From the NCBI GenBank assembly GCA_964016885.1, contig OZ024754.1, forward strand, positions 46,190,001 through 46,254,000: 64,000 nt of DNA. The letters are read 5' to 3'. The notes under the pieces were generated by a model that was not told where the DNA came from, did not search any database, and saw nothing but the letters and a program-made list of their open reading frames with translations. Shown piece after piece: positions 28,683 through 42,384 of this stretch. This DNA is from Eledone cirrhosa (taxonomy: Eukaryota). Made by a program: the position numbers and the translations under genes. Within the stretch, counting starts at the first letter, position 1. The number at the start of each line of letters is the position of its first letter.

Positions 28683-29223
28683 TAGGCGTCTGCTCAATGG
28701 TGCTCAGTTCTGGCATGAGATCTTAAGTGACGTTTTAGACCAGATAGATTTTAAAAAAGTTGTCCACATCTTAGGCTTGATGGAGCTTGGACTGCCTGTG
28801 TATGTTGTAATGCCTCTTTAGACCTCCTTGAAATTTGGTTAAGGTTATAAAGTTGCAGGGGAGATGTGGTGAAATATATATATATATACACCCTACAAAT
28901 ATATATCTTTCTGTATATAAATATATATATACATATATATAAACATAATAAAAGAATGAAATGAAAAAAAAAAACAAACTAAGAAGACTTAAAAGAGGCA
29001 AGCCAGTTTTAACTATAGTTGATCTTACTGTAATATCTTAAGAGAAATAATATATTATCGACATCAAAGGTTGGATTTCATTGACTCAGCACAACTTTTT
29101 AGTACGTAACAATTTACTGGCGCTGCCAAGTTAGTTGAAATCACCGTTATTGCCTTCCTGGCACATTTATCTTCCTTTACTCCTTTATCTACCCTAATTC
29201 TTGCTTCTCACTGAAGCGCGCAG

Positions 29224-29263
<40 letters not shown>

Positions 29264-29687
29264 ACACATGTGTGTATATGTATATATATACATGCATACA
29301 TACATATATACCTATGTGTGTGTTTATATATACGTATAAAACTCTACCCTTATAAAATTATCTGAGCATAGACAAGGAGGTATGTTGAGGTGTGGTAAGC
29401 TATCAAACCCAAGATGTTTTCAAACTTTTGTCTTATGTACGTAAATAAACGCACGCGTAGTTTGACCCCCCCCCCCCCCCCACACACACACATTACTATA
29501 TATATATATATATATTATGCCAACACAAGAACAAGAATGAGGGGCTCATTCTACTGACATTGCTTTAAAATAAGGCTTGTTTGCATAATTGCAAAAGAAT
29601 CGAATATTATTGTTAATATTCGAAAAATTCAGATTACATTTATTGTATTCAGCCATGAAGACCGAAAATGTATACACACACACACAT

Positions 29688-29762
<75 letters not shown>

Positions 29763-30413
29763 CATTCTATATGACTAAAGAGGTCAACTGCCAGACATCC
29801 AGTTCTGACAATTTCATAGCTGTCATGTCAGTGAGATCAAAGAGAGAGAGAGAGGCGATGGTAAAGAAGCATCTTTTAGAGAATCTCTGCCAAACTCTCT
29901 CAACATGACAAAACCGAAACACTTGCCATAGATTGCATTGTACTATATCATGTAAATTACGGCTGTGTATGTGTGTGTATATGTATATGTGTGTATGTGT
30001 GTGTGCATATGTGTATGTATACGTGGGCGGTGGTGTATCTGTATGTACGTGCGTGTGTGTGTACGCTTATGTACGTGTGCGTATAGGTGTGTAAGTGTAT
30101 GTATACGTGTGTGCAATTTGGTATATATATATATGTGTGTGTGTGTATCTATGTGTGTAGATGTGTATATTTGTGGGTGGATCTCTGTGAGTATTTATGT
30201 GCAGGCGCGTGTCTGTGTGAGTGTAGGTATGTGTATGTATGTTCCTGCGTGAGGATATGTGCACGTGTGTGTGTGGGTATATGTGCGTGTATATATACGA
30301 ATGTGTAGGCAATATATGTGTGTGGTTGAGCTCGGTATGTTTATATATTGTGGGAGGGAAAGGGTGAGAGATGCAGAGAGATAGAAAATGAGGTAAGGAG
30401 CAACGTCTTTGTG

Positions 30414-30463
<50 letters not shown>

Positions 30464-30701
30464 TTGTGTTATATATATGTGTGTGTGTGTTTGTGTTATA
30501 TATATGTGTGTGTGTGTTTGTGTTATATATATATGTGTGTGTGTGTTTGTGTTATATATATATGTGTTTGTGTGTAAAATATTCATACATATTGGAAGAC
30601 TACCAGCTTATTAAGAAATATATGAAGAGACATGGAATGTTTAGAAAGAGAAATATACGGACATGGTGTGTGTATGTGTGTGTATATATATATGTGTGTG
30701 T

Positions 30702-30746
<45 letters not shown>

Positions 30747-30792
30747 CATACATAGCGAGAGAGAGACAGTCAATATGCGAGATTTTCATATA

Positions 30793-30853
<61 letters not shown>

Positions 30854-31301
30854 CCAACGTCAAAAAAGTCAGTTTGTGAGAATTACAGAAAGAGAGAGGG
30901 GGGGGGAGATAGCAAGAATGAGGGGAGAGTGAAGGGCAGATAGAGAGACAGGGAGAGAGATAATGAGAGTAACAGGAAGAGAGAGAGACAGACAGAAAAA
31001 AAGATTGAAAGACAGAGACAGAGGGAGAGAGATTCAAATAGAGACAAGAATAGAGAGACTGACGGAGAGAGGGGGAGACACAGATGACAGGAAAAGAGAC
31101 AGGCAGAGAGAGGGGGGGGTAAATTAGGTGAAGAAAAGTGCAAGAGATGGGGACATGTGTTATATAACAACTAATTATCAAGTTACAACAACATTTCTTA
31201 GAAATTAGAACAAATATTTACATAATAGTAATAACAATAATTCTTTCATTTATTGGCTGCAACTACACACACACACGTACACACACGCGCACGCACACAC
31301 G

Positions 31302-31352
<51 letters not shown>

Positions 31353-31802
31353 GTATATATATACACGTACATATATATTTACACACACACATATATATAA
31401 ATATATACACATACATATATACTTAGATACATCTATATATATACATACACACACATACGTACATTCTTACAAGAAAATTACTACACCTGTATTTGCCACT
31501 ACACAGTCCACACTTACCCACGCAAAAATAATGCAACAGATCAAAACACCATACAACCCTCTCCACCGCTTTGCATATTGCCACAAGGATAAATCTAAAG
31601 ATCTATTGATTGAAATTATAATTGTTATATAACACACCCACTCTTTAGTTTAGTTTTCGCTTTAGTCCAGTATATCTTCATATTTTTATAATGTTAATTG
31701 TTGGTCAATCAATGATAAACATTGCCAGCTAAATCATTTATGAAAATATAAATATATACTGAACTGAAATGAAAACCAAACAGTGAGTGTGTTTCATTAT
31801 TA

Positions 31803-32100
31803 TGGCAGTATCGGTAGAGGGTCGGACGCCATGCTTTGACGCATAGAGTTATGGCCCTTGCCATTCTGAGTTCAAATCCCGCTGAGGTTAACTTTACCTT
31901 TCATCCTTACGGGGTTGATAAAATAAAGTACCAGTAATGTACTGGGTAATTTCTGGCCTTGTGCCAATAGTAGAAACAATTATTTTTTATTTCAAATCCC
32001 GCCAAGGTTAACTTTGCCTTTCATCCTTACGGGATCGATTAAATAAAGTACCAGTAATGCCCTGGGGTAATTTCTGGCCTTGTACCAAAAGTAGAAACAA
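31803..32100 (+). mobile_element. SINE plus tandem 5'-truncated copy
   Basis: Core occurs twice; the second copy starts at the B box. Confidence 0.8.
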
Positions 32101-35035
32101 TTATATATTTTACTTAATTATACAAATTTGTATGAAACTTGTATAAAAAGGTTCAGAACGTGCCTCGCTGCGGTTTGCGCCTTAGGCGGCTGCCTAGTTT
32201 GCTTTAATAGTAGCGCCAGTCCTGTTCCTGGCTATGATAGGAAGGAATACTGATGAAGCTTATCTTCTTTCTGAAAATGTTAAACATTTGACAGATACAT
32301 TCTTTCTAAAGAAGAAATGTCGGTTGTATGGCAGGGGTTTACTTATGGAAGGTTGTAAACACAGTATTATGAGTTACCAGAACCTTTCATAATCATATCG
32401 AATTGCGCTGGCAAAATCCACATGGTAACAGTTAAATAGCAGCCAAATCTCCCTCAAATTACACAATCACACTCTATTTTTTTTTCTTTTCAATTTAAAA
32501 GAAAGGACACATTTGATAATGTAGTATTAGATACTATATATATTGTTAATATATTATTAAGGCCAGTTCCTGCAACGACGCCACACCAGGAACGTATGTT
32601 TCGTTGGACCGGAGGGCCAACTTACTCAACATTTGCCGATGGAAATGAACCCATACATATATAGGCTTGATTACACAAACGGAAGAAACAAACCTCGGGC
32701 AGATTAGATAATGTAGTCCTAGATAACATTCGCTTGAATAAAAGACAAGATTGTCACGGATGGATTGTTTTGGTCACATGTTTGCTGGATCAGGACTGAC
32801 CTGTAACTAAAGAACACCTACAAAAAATTATAAAAAGGCCACAACAAAAACAAGAAAAACGACTGTTAAATGAACGGAGTTATTGAAAAGTGAGCGACTT
32901 TCGTTTTGATACTTACCCAACACAGCTTTATTTCTGAAATATGAACCGTTACAACCACACCCGAAACTCGTAACGAAACGACCAGCCGCAGTTGCTATAA
33001 TATAATTACAGTTTATAGCTGGAAGAGCATAGTTGCTCTGTGAAGCACAATGGTACGTTATGGAATAGTACTATTGTAATGAATGATTTGTAGGTAATTG
33101 TACTGTATGGAATGATATTAAACAAAGATCTTTACGATTTCATTGACACACATTTGTTTGCAGTAGGCGTGTAGATAAGGTTAAAGATTATCGACAACTT
33201 CTTCCGCTTTCAAGTGGTTGATGCTGCTTAACAGAAAAAGATCACGTTGATACCTCTACACAGCTTTACTCTCAGAACTCTATATTGTATTTGCAAACTC
33301 CTGGTGAGTTAAGTCTACGACACTGGCTCAAATTCCACTTAAACCAGCTGCTGCTTAACCAACAGATCACCTTGATACTTCTTCACACAGCTTTACTCTG
33401 AGAAATCTATATTGTGATGCTAAGTTTGTGAAACTGGTTTAACTCTCACTTGAACCAGAACACCTCTTGTTCTTCCTATCTGCGAATCCATAGTTTAGTT
33501 TCGAGTTGACTTAATCCTGACACACTACTTGAACCCTTTCCTTACCATATTTCTGATTTAAGAGACTGCCTATGGTTTCAATTAATTTTGAAAATAATCG
33601 GGAATTTGAATAGATTTAGTAATGCAACTAACTTTTACATTATTAAGCTGGTATTTGGAGTACAATCTAACATAAAATTATGATGGAAAGTTTAGATAGA
33701 TATAAACATTTAAAAAAAATTTTTGCATTATAAAATCAGTTTTAGTTGGTTGGGTATCAAAAAACTTTGGTGGTGGCTCCACAATACGTTGCTAGTTATG
33801 GGTAATTTTGTTTTTTTATCAGTTTTCTGGTTTCTAATATGAGATACACCCAGATATACTCAGATATAAACAAAGTCGAGATAATCATGGCTCAAATACA
33901 TTTGATCTTAGTTCTGCCTAATGAGAGTTGACCTGAGGCCAAACATTAACCTATGCAAGACAGATGAATTGACCCAAATGGTAGCAAGTTAACACTTTGC
34001 CTTATATCATTTACATTGATGCTTTTAACGTTCTGTATTCAAATCTTATCAGAGCCAAGTTTTTCATTTCATTGAAGTTGATAAAAATAAGTATGAGCAA
34101 CAGAATCAGCGTTGGCTAAATTTATTGCACTCAAACGTTGCAAACAATGCGCTTGTTACCCAAGGTTTTATTTCATCTCTGTCTGTACTGCCGTTCCTTG
34201 TAGAATGACTGCTAAGGTCAGATCAAGCTCAAACATTTATCTTAACATATGTTGAAAGATAAAATTACCCTTCAAGCAGCAGTTACTGCTTGAACAGTCC
34301 GTTAAAGTGATAAGAACCAAGTTAAAATAATCAATATTGTAAAAATAAACAAACAAAAAGGACAATTACAGTGTTTCATGCTAATTGGAAGGTGGGCTTT
34401 TGTTAAATACCAATTGGTTTGTTGGATAACCTAGGTCAACTGTGGGCAGAGGAGGATGAGAGTGGTGGTGACGACGATGATGGTGATGAGGAGGGGAGGG
34501 GCGTGGTGGTGGTTGTGGTGGCGACGATGATGATGATGATTATGAGGAAGAGGAGCAAATTCAACGATTCGCTAATTGAATATGCCATATCTACCCTCAG
34601 TATATTACTGGTGCTCAAAGGAGATGACGCAAAGATTTATAACAACAATTGTGATATGTGGTAGAAGCTTGGCTTAAGGTGTTCAGCTTACGATCGTTAG
34701 GACGTAAGTTTGATTCCCAGCTGTGCGTTGTATCTTTGAGCAAAACCTTTGATTTGGCGTTGCTCCAGTTCACACAGCTGGGAAAAATTCGATATTACAG
34801 TAATTCAAAGAGCCAGTCTTGTCACATACTTTCATATTGAATTTAAGTTAAGGGTATCTGTGGAATGCTCAGCCACTTGCATGTTGATTTCATGATCAAG
34901 CTGTTCCGTTGATCAAACAAATGGAACACTCGTCGTCGATACTGACAGAGGTTCAAAACAATAAAATTCAAGTTTTAACATTTCAGTATGTCACAAGTCA
35001 ATTTGTCAATTAAATGCCGTCGGGTCTCAAATAAT

Positions 35036-35216
35036 TGTTTCTACTTTTGGCACAAGGCCAGCAATTACCCAGTGCATTACTGGTACTTTATTTTATTGAC
35101 CCCGTAAGGATGAAAGGCAAAGTTAACCTCAGCGGGATTCGAACTCAGACCATAAAGGGCCGTAACTCTATGCGTCAAAGCATGGCGTCCGACCCTCTAC
35201 CGATACTGCCAATCCA
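35036..35216 (-). mobile_element. Dominant SINE copy with 19-bp TSD
   Basis: TSD ccgtcgggtctcaaataat at 35017-35035 and 35217-35235. Confidence 0.88.
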
Positions 35217-35674
35217 CCGTCGGGTCTCAAATAATAGGCGGTTGGAATAAGCTGAGATGGAGTGGAATAAGTGAGGGTGGGGTGGCATAAGTGGGGATGG
35301 GGTGGAATAAGCGGCTAGTTGAAAAATCTCTAATTTTTCTAGGTTGTCTCCGTTGTTTTTTTTTAAATCCTAATTAGTCGTGTAGTTTACTGAGACCCCC
35401 AAGTTATTTATTTCATAACGATTTCTAGTAATCTACTTTTTTGTCATGTATAATGTTTTTGTTTTGTTTTTTGTTATTTTTTTTAATGTATAAAGAAAAT
35501 TAATTGTCGCAGGGAGTCGAAATGCTACTACGTAAAATAAAATTTCACTGGTAATAGATCAGTCGGATCAGTTGGAAACGGTTGCTTCTGACAGGACCAG
35601 ATGGAAGGAGTGTTTGAAGACTCTGCTCCCACGACCTTCTCAGGAATAAGTGGGCGAAGAAGAAGAAATAGATA

Positions 35675-38657
35675 TATTTCTTTATTAGCCACAGGGGCAC
35701 AAAAGAAGGGGACAAATACAAAGGGGGAAGTTTACATACAATAAAAACGTGTAAAATGTTATCACAGATGGAATTTAAAAGTTAGTCGATTTTCCCCAAT
35801 AGAGGGAGACAGTTTATATGGGTAACACAGACCCCCGAAAAAAATGTGCAACCCTCATCTCCAGGAGTACGAAGAGCTTGTACTCCTTTCCTCTCCTCCT
35901 CCATTTCCTCAACCTACAGGCTGATATAGAGAGAAGGCCCATTCACTCGGGCCATTCTCGCCACTTTCACCCACCTTTCATAAAACTTGCTGGGGTACAG
36001 CACCTCTCTCTCCATCCTGATTCTTCTTCCAAAGTGGTATTTGAAAAAAAGAATCAGTTGTTGGCCGGAGAGAAAGGTGTCTGACCTCAGCCCTTTCAAC
36101 CTTGTCCACCATACAACCTCTTTCGCCATAGCTATCACACAAAGGAAAACCGCCTCTCCTTCGTTTTTGAAGGAGGGTGGCGGTTTGATCATGACAATGG
36201 ACTCGGTGGTCAACTGGATTGGTCCCACCCGCGACAATAGTCGTTCTACATAGCCCCACAGGTCAGTGACGCCCGGGCAGTGTATGAATGCGTGCGCGAC
36301 GGTTTCTTCGTCTCGCACGCACCTCGGACAGATCTTTTTTGCAGGGTCCCTGCCCGGGCGCCCATGTCTGTAGAGCTTGTCTCGAACTGGTAGAGCTCCT
36401 CGGTAGCACTGCCAGGCCAGGGACTTTTGGAAGTTGTCCATCGGTCCCGGGCGGAAGGTCCTACCGAACAGACTGGCCAGTTCATCTTCCTCCACGCCTA
36501 GAGTTTCACCGAGCGCGTCGTCGCACTTGCTGCGGACCAACCCTCTATAGAATGACGAAGTGGAGTCTCCACTGATCGCCGGGTCCGCCTGCCAGAGGGC
36601 TGTGAGCGCCTGAGCACATTCGATGTGCCAGTCGCCCATTTTCCTCGGTCTCTGCTTGACCCAGGACTGCAGCTCGGTCAGCGAGACGAGTCGTGGGAAG
36701 GCTCGCCTCACGAACGGGGCCCACACCGGTTGTCCGGTGAGGAATACGTAGAGATGCCGCAGCCTGAGCGCGTGTTTGCGCATCGTCAACCACGGCATCC
36801 CCAGCCCTCCGTTAGAAGGGTGTTGGCAGCAGATGGATCTTCTTACCAAAGGAGCCCGCCTCTTCCAAAGGAATCGGAAGAGGGCGCGCTCCATTTTGGC
36901 GAGCGTTTTGGCTGGACAAGGCACGACGGTCAAGCGGTAGTAGATGGCGGACGCTATAAAAGTGTTCGCCACCTCCGCTCGACCTTTCAAGGATAGTTTG
37001 CACTCGGCCCACTTCTGGGTGAGTGCAAACACCTTGGCCGTCACTTCGTTCCAGTTCTTCTCCACCTGGAGGTCCGGACCAAACCAGACCCCGAGCAGCT
37101 TTACCGGTCCTTCCGTCCAGCGTCCGACGACGCCATCGGAAGGCATCGGTCTGCCTCTCCACGATCCGAGTTGCAAACCGATGGACTTGTCCCGGTTCAG
37201 CTTCGCTCCTGTGAGACTTTCGTATTCCTTTAGTAAGGTGCCGACTTCCTCGATTTGCGAGGCGCTCGACACCATTACTGTCACGTCGTCGGCGTAGGCC
37301 GACGCCGCTTTCCGCAGTCCCGGTTCCAGAGGGATGCCCTGCAATAGCTCCAGCTTCCGCAGTAGTGGCTCGAGAGTCAGTACGTACAGAAGGGAGGAGA
37401 GAGGGCATCCCTGTCGAATGGATCGCGTAATATGGAACGGCTCCGAGAGGTAACCGTTCACCTTGACCCTTGAGCAGATGTTGCTGTTGTGCATTGCAGC
37501 AATCCAGCCCCTGAACACGGGTCCGAAGCCTGCCGCCTCGAGCACCGCATCCAGGTAACGATGGTCAACCCTATCGAAAGCCTTAGACTGATCCAAGTTG
37601 ATCAGGGCCCCACCGAAGCCGGGTTTACACCCTACCCTCTCTATGATGTATCGCATGAGGTGGAGGTTGTCGTGTATGGACCTGGTCGGGATCGCGCATG
37701 TCTGCGCTTCTCCCACCAGGTTCTCGACGACAAGCGCCAGCCTCTTTGCCAACACCTTGGCCAAAATCTGTAACTCTGTGTTTAGCAGAGTTATGGGCCG
37801 GAAGTTGCCTATGTCATCCCCCTTATTCTCGTCCTTCCTGATTAGTGTGACCACGCCCCCGGTTACAGAACTGGGAATTCTCCCGTTCTGTTGCCAGTTG
37901 CAGTAGACCGCTTCCAGGAGACCGGAGAATAAGTCCGGCATTGCTACGTAAAATTCGTAGGGTAGACCGTCGAGACCTGGAGATTTGCGTTTGCCGCATT
38001 GGCTCAGCGCGTCCCCTATCTCAGTGGCTGAAATCGGCTTTTCGCAGAACTTCGCCTCGCTGTCCGAGAGTCGCGGTAGGCCGTCGAGGTATGGACCGAA
38101 ATCCATAGCCTCTCCCGGCGCGCCGCTCCCCCCGAACAGCCGAGCAAAGTGCCGCTGAAAAGCCGCACACATCTGCTTCGGCTCACGTATCACGCGTCCG
38201 TTTTGGTCCTTCAAAGACCGAATCGTGGACTTGTTGCCACTTTTTGCCTCCGTCACTCGGGCTCAGCTAACAGCTTTGGCTCCCTCGTTTCCCAGAGCAC
38301 GTATTTTGCTTCTGACAACGCAGCCCTCGTGATTTGCGTCGAAGAACTGGTCCAAGGCCGTTCTCGTTGCTAGCACGCTGGCTACGTTGCCACTTCTAAT
38401 AGCCTCTTCTACTTTATCTACCAGTTCCTTCTCGGTTCTATTTCTATCTAACGCTAATTCTTTACTAAAAACTATCGAGTCTAATCTAACTGCCCTCTTG
38501 AGAGAGTACCACCATCTGTTGTTGACAATGGCCCCTGTCAAGTGCTGTTTAACTAAAGTGCTAATCCGTCTACTGTAGGCTTTGCTTGTCGGTAACGACA
38601 AGTTCAGCTTCCAGTAGCCGGGTCCTTGTCTATGGGTTCTATCAAGGTTGGCCATGC
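35675..38657 (-). mobile_element. 5'-truncated Tx1/L1-clade LINE; ORF2 (end of endonuclease region, RT, CCHC knuckle) with one in-frame stop
   Basis: GPGYWKLN, KSPGLDG, FRPITLLN, LDQSKAFDRV, IRQGCPLS, AYADDV, CPRC..ETVAHAFIHC. ORFs 38263-38655 and 35914-38256 share a frame and are split by a TGA at 38263-38265. AATAAA at the 3' end; TSD agaaatagata at 35664-35674 and 38658-38668. Confidence 0.93.
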
Positions 38658-38661
38658 AGAA

Positions 38662-38662
<1 letters not shown>

Positions 38663-38733
<71 letters not shown>
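38663..38733. repeat. (GATA)n microsatellite
   Basis: Read directly from the sequence. Confidence 0.95.
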
Positions 38734-39244
38734 GCAACATTGCGGTTGGTGGAATAAGAGCGGGGATGGTGGAATAAATTAGAAAAATTAATAAGCAGGA
38801 ATGGGGGACTCTTCTTTGGGATCCGAGAATATTTACGTTAATTAGTGAGTTTGTGGATCTCCCTGCTAAATATGTTGGTCATTAAATGAAGAAGCTGCTG
38901 GCAAATTAGTTTCAGATTTATTACAAACAAGAGGATGAGAGGGAACACTTCCATTGTGTAATAGTAAACGTTAATAATACTAATAACTAGATAATAAACG
39001 ACACCAACTTCACTGCATACTTAATAGTTAAGTTAGCTGCAAGGTAAAACTAGTATTTAGTTACAATATAAATATAGCTCGTTAGTTATTAATCATAATT
39101 TATATTTAATTAGTCAGCTTTCATCATATATGCTACTATATCACTACTGTATATATATTATCACGTAAGCTACTGTACCACAATTATTATTATATATATA
39201 TATAGTGAAAAATGGAACGGGAACAAAACAGAGAGGCAGTACAT

Positions 39245-39585
39245 ATATCATCATCATCATCATCATATTTTACGTCCGCTTTTTCCCTGCTTGCAAGGGT
39301 GGGACGGGAACTGATTCTGGCTTGATTTCTACAGCTGGATGCCCTTCCTAACACCAACCTCATTTACAGTGAGTGCTGGGTGCTTTTTTTCCGTGGCACC
39401 TACACGTCCACTTTACAGTGGAATGATAGGGACCCCAGTCCCTATCATCTCATTTCTACAGCTGAGTAAACTGGAGCAATGTGAAATCAAATGTCTTGTT
39501 CAAGGAAACAACACATCACTCGGTCTGAGAATTGAACTCACAACCTTTCGATTGCAAGGCCAATGCTCTAACCACTAAGCCATGT
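39245..39585 (-). mobile_element. Composite SINE (copy of 6910-7250)
   Basis: Near-identical reverse complement. Confidence 0.75.
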
Positions 39586-39586
39586 A

Positions 39587-41260
39587 TATATGCAAAAGAA
39601 ACCAAAGAACGCTTACATACTCAAACAGTCTTTATTTACTTACAATGTTTCATCCTCACCTTTTGGCAGGAATCCTCAGAGCCTATAATATCCTACTACT
39701 TCTGTTTAACCCGTGGAATTTGGAAATATGTAACCAATTGGTCTAGCCCGTGTTGCTAATATGCATGAGTAATAACTCTGCCGGTTATTTTACAGCAACT
39801 AATATAATAAGATTGTTTCAGCTCTATCGTACAATAACCTGATCTGCTTGTGCATAGCTTGTTTTTATGCCGTGACTGTCTATTTACTTGTTTTACTCAG
39901 CCCTACCATATAATAACCATATTTTACTTGTGTAACGCTTGTGCTTTTGTGATACCTTCCTATATGCTTGTGAGCACCCATTGACTACCTAGTTCGGGTA
40001 CCTAGCAATATACCTTGTGTATGTATATCATGGTGGTGATTCGGATTACTGTGGTCTTTCGGGATGTACCAAAAAGACCTCTTAACGCTTATATATAAGT
40101 TACCGAGATCCTACTCACTCGTATTACTAGGGACCAGCGCTTGTACTCTTTTTGCTTCTCTATATGCTTATAACTTATAACTTTTTTCTTCTTTCTACAT
40201 TTATTTCTATTTTTAAAGAATTTCTCTTAGGAAAAATTTTTTATTTTTATTTATTTATTTATTTTTTTTTAGTGAAAAAAAGTTTTTTTTTAAAATTTAT
40301 TTACTTTTTTAATTTCTTAATTTTTTTATTTTTTTATTTTTTAAATCTTTTTAATTCTTATTAATTTTTAATTTTATATTATTATATTATTTTATTATCT
40401 TATCTTTTATTATTTTATTATTTTTCATTATATTTTATTAATTTTTTTAATTATTTTACTTTATTTTATTTTATTTTATTTTATTATCTTTATTATTTTT
40501 ATATTTTTTATTACTTTATTATAATTTATATTATAAACAAGCAAATTATAAATGTAAACATGTAAGTATGTTTTTGAAACGGTGCGCGAGTTTGAAAATT
40601 AGAAATTAGAAATTATAAGCTTTCACCGTATTTTAGACTAAAGAAATTTCTAGCCTGATAGTGGGGTTTATAACCCTCGGAGAAATGGAAAAAGATGAGT
40701 GTTGCCGTACATGAGTGTTGCCATGTACGGCAACACTCATCTTTTTCCATTTCTCCGAGGGTTATAAACCCCACTATCAGGCTAGAAATTTCTTTAGTCT
40801 AAAATACGGTGAAAGCTTATAATTTCTAATTTATATTATGTTTTAACCTTTGTCTGTATTTTTTATGTATTTTTTATGCTTTTTGTGTGCCATCTATTAT
40901 ATTTTCATCTTGTTGAATCCGCTTATGCCTTGGCATTTAGCAGTGATGCTTTACAACCCCAGCATGCACCTCTTAGTTTGCCGTCTCCAATCTCCCTATC
41001 TTTATTCTGATTGTTCGTGTGACTAGGTTTTTGTGGAGCTTATATTCAACACTGTATTTATTAGGCTCTGAGGATTCCTGATAAAATGTGAGGATGAAAC
41101 ATTGTAATTAAATAAAGACTGTTGGAGTATGTAAGCGTTCTTTGGTTTCTTTTGCATATAACAGCTCTGTTCTTGTACATTGAGCTAACACAATACTGCC
41201 ATAATACAGTACGGTGCGTGCGTGTTTATGCACATACGCTTCGTGATATACGTAAATAAA
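39587..41260. mobile_element. Non-coding Penelope-like relic with inverted hammerhead-bearing ends and an internal palindrome
   Basis: 39587-39685 is the reverse complement of about 41062-41160; each has CTGAGGA..GAAACATTGTA (39638-39682 minus; 41065-41109 plus). Confidence 0.6.
40603..40832. repeat. Fold-back palindrome, 111-bp arms, 8-nt loop
   Basis: 40603-40713 versus 40722-40832. Confidence 0.92.
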
Positions 41261-42291
41261 TATATATATATATATATATATATCATGTGTAGTGGATTGG
41301 CAAAATTAATAGAGCGTCCAATAAGATATTATTGCGGTATTAGTTCTGGCTTTTTACATTCTGAGAGCAAATCCACCAAGGTCAGCACTTTGTGTTTCAT
41401 CCTTCCCGAGTCAAAAAAGGAAAGTACCAGTTAAATAGTGGGCTTGATTTAATCAACTTTGACCGTCCTTCAAGTTTGCTATCCATGTGCCAAAATTAGA
41501 AATTCGTATATATATATATATATATATATATACATAAAACAATTAAATCATGCGAAACCATTTTGCTGGTTTGAGAGTTGTTGATGGTGAATGTGTGCGG
41601 TGTTGTACATCGCCTTATTTCCATCTTCCAGTCACTTCTGTATCTCCGTGTACTTGTCCTCCTCTTTAAATCTTTTCTATATTTCATCTTCCTGTCACCC
41701 ACCCTGTGGATTGTGTCTCTGTTGACCACTGGCCACTGGTCTCTGTCTTAAGAAACACTTTTGCCCATCGCTGTCTTTGACCGCATTTAGCGATGAGTTT
41801 TCTCATTTTTATATGTATTCAATATATATATATACGTATGTATACATGTATGTATGTATGTATGTATGTATGTACACAGACACTTTACTATTTTATCTTG
41901 GTATTTTGGTATTAACACCGGAAGTTCTCGTTATGAAGTTTAACTTTGGAAATCCTAATCTCACGTCCATCTGCCGATTATTGGAGAGTTGAAATCTTAT
42001 CTAGGCTTTCATTAACTTCTATCGTCAACGGTTGTACAGTTGTATGATAGGTAGAGAGAGGTTTAGACATACATACATATATATATGTGTGTGTGTGTGT
42101 TTGTGCATTTATATATAATTTGTATAAATGAAGCTCTACAAAATATAGTTTTTAGTCTGTATTAATATGGAGCTGTTTATGGTGTAATATGACTGAAATA
42201 GTTTTATACATATTTTATATCTGGCAATCAATGTTTATCATTGATTGACCAACAGTTAAAAATATAGATATAAATATATATAGCTAACTTG

Positions 42292-42335
<44 letters not shown>

Positions 42336-42384
42336 CTCGCAATTAATATATAATCTCGAGATTATATATATATATATAATCTCG

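Noticed and set aside
32248-32290. CTGATGA..GAAA..TTA hammerhead-like string
   Set aside because: No closing stem I and at most 2 bp of stem II; likely chance.
35818-38578. Overlapping short ORFs within the Tx1 element
   Set aside because: Shadow frames of a GC-rich ORF2.
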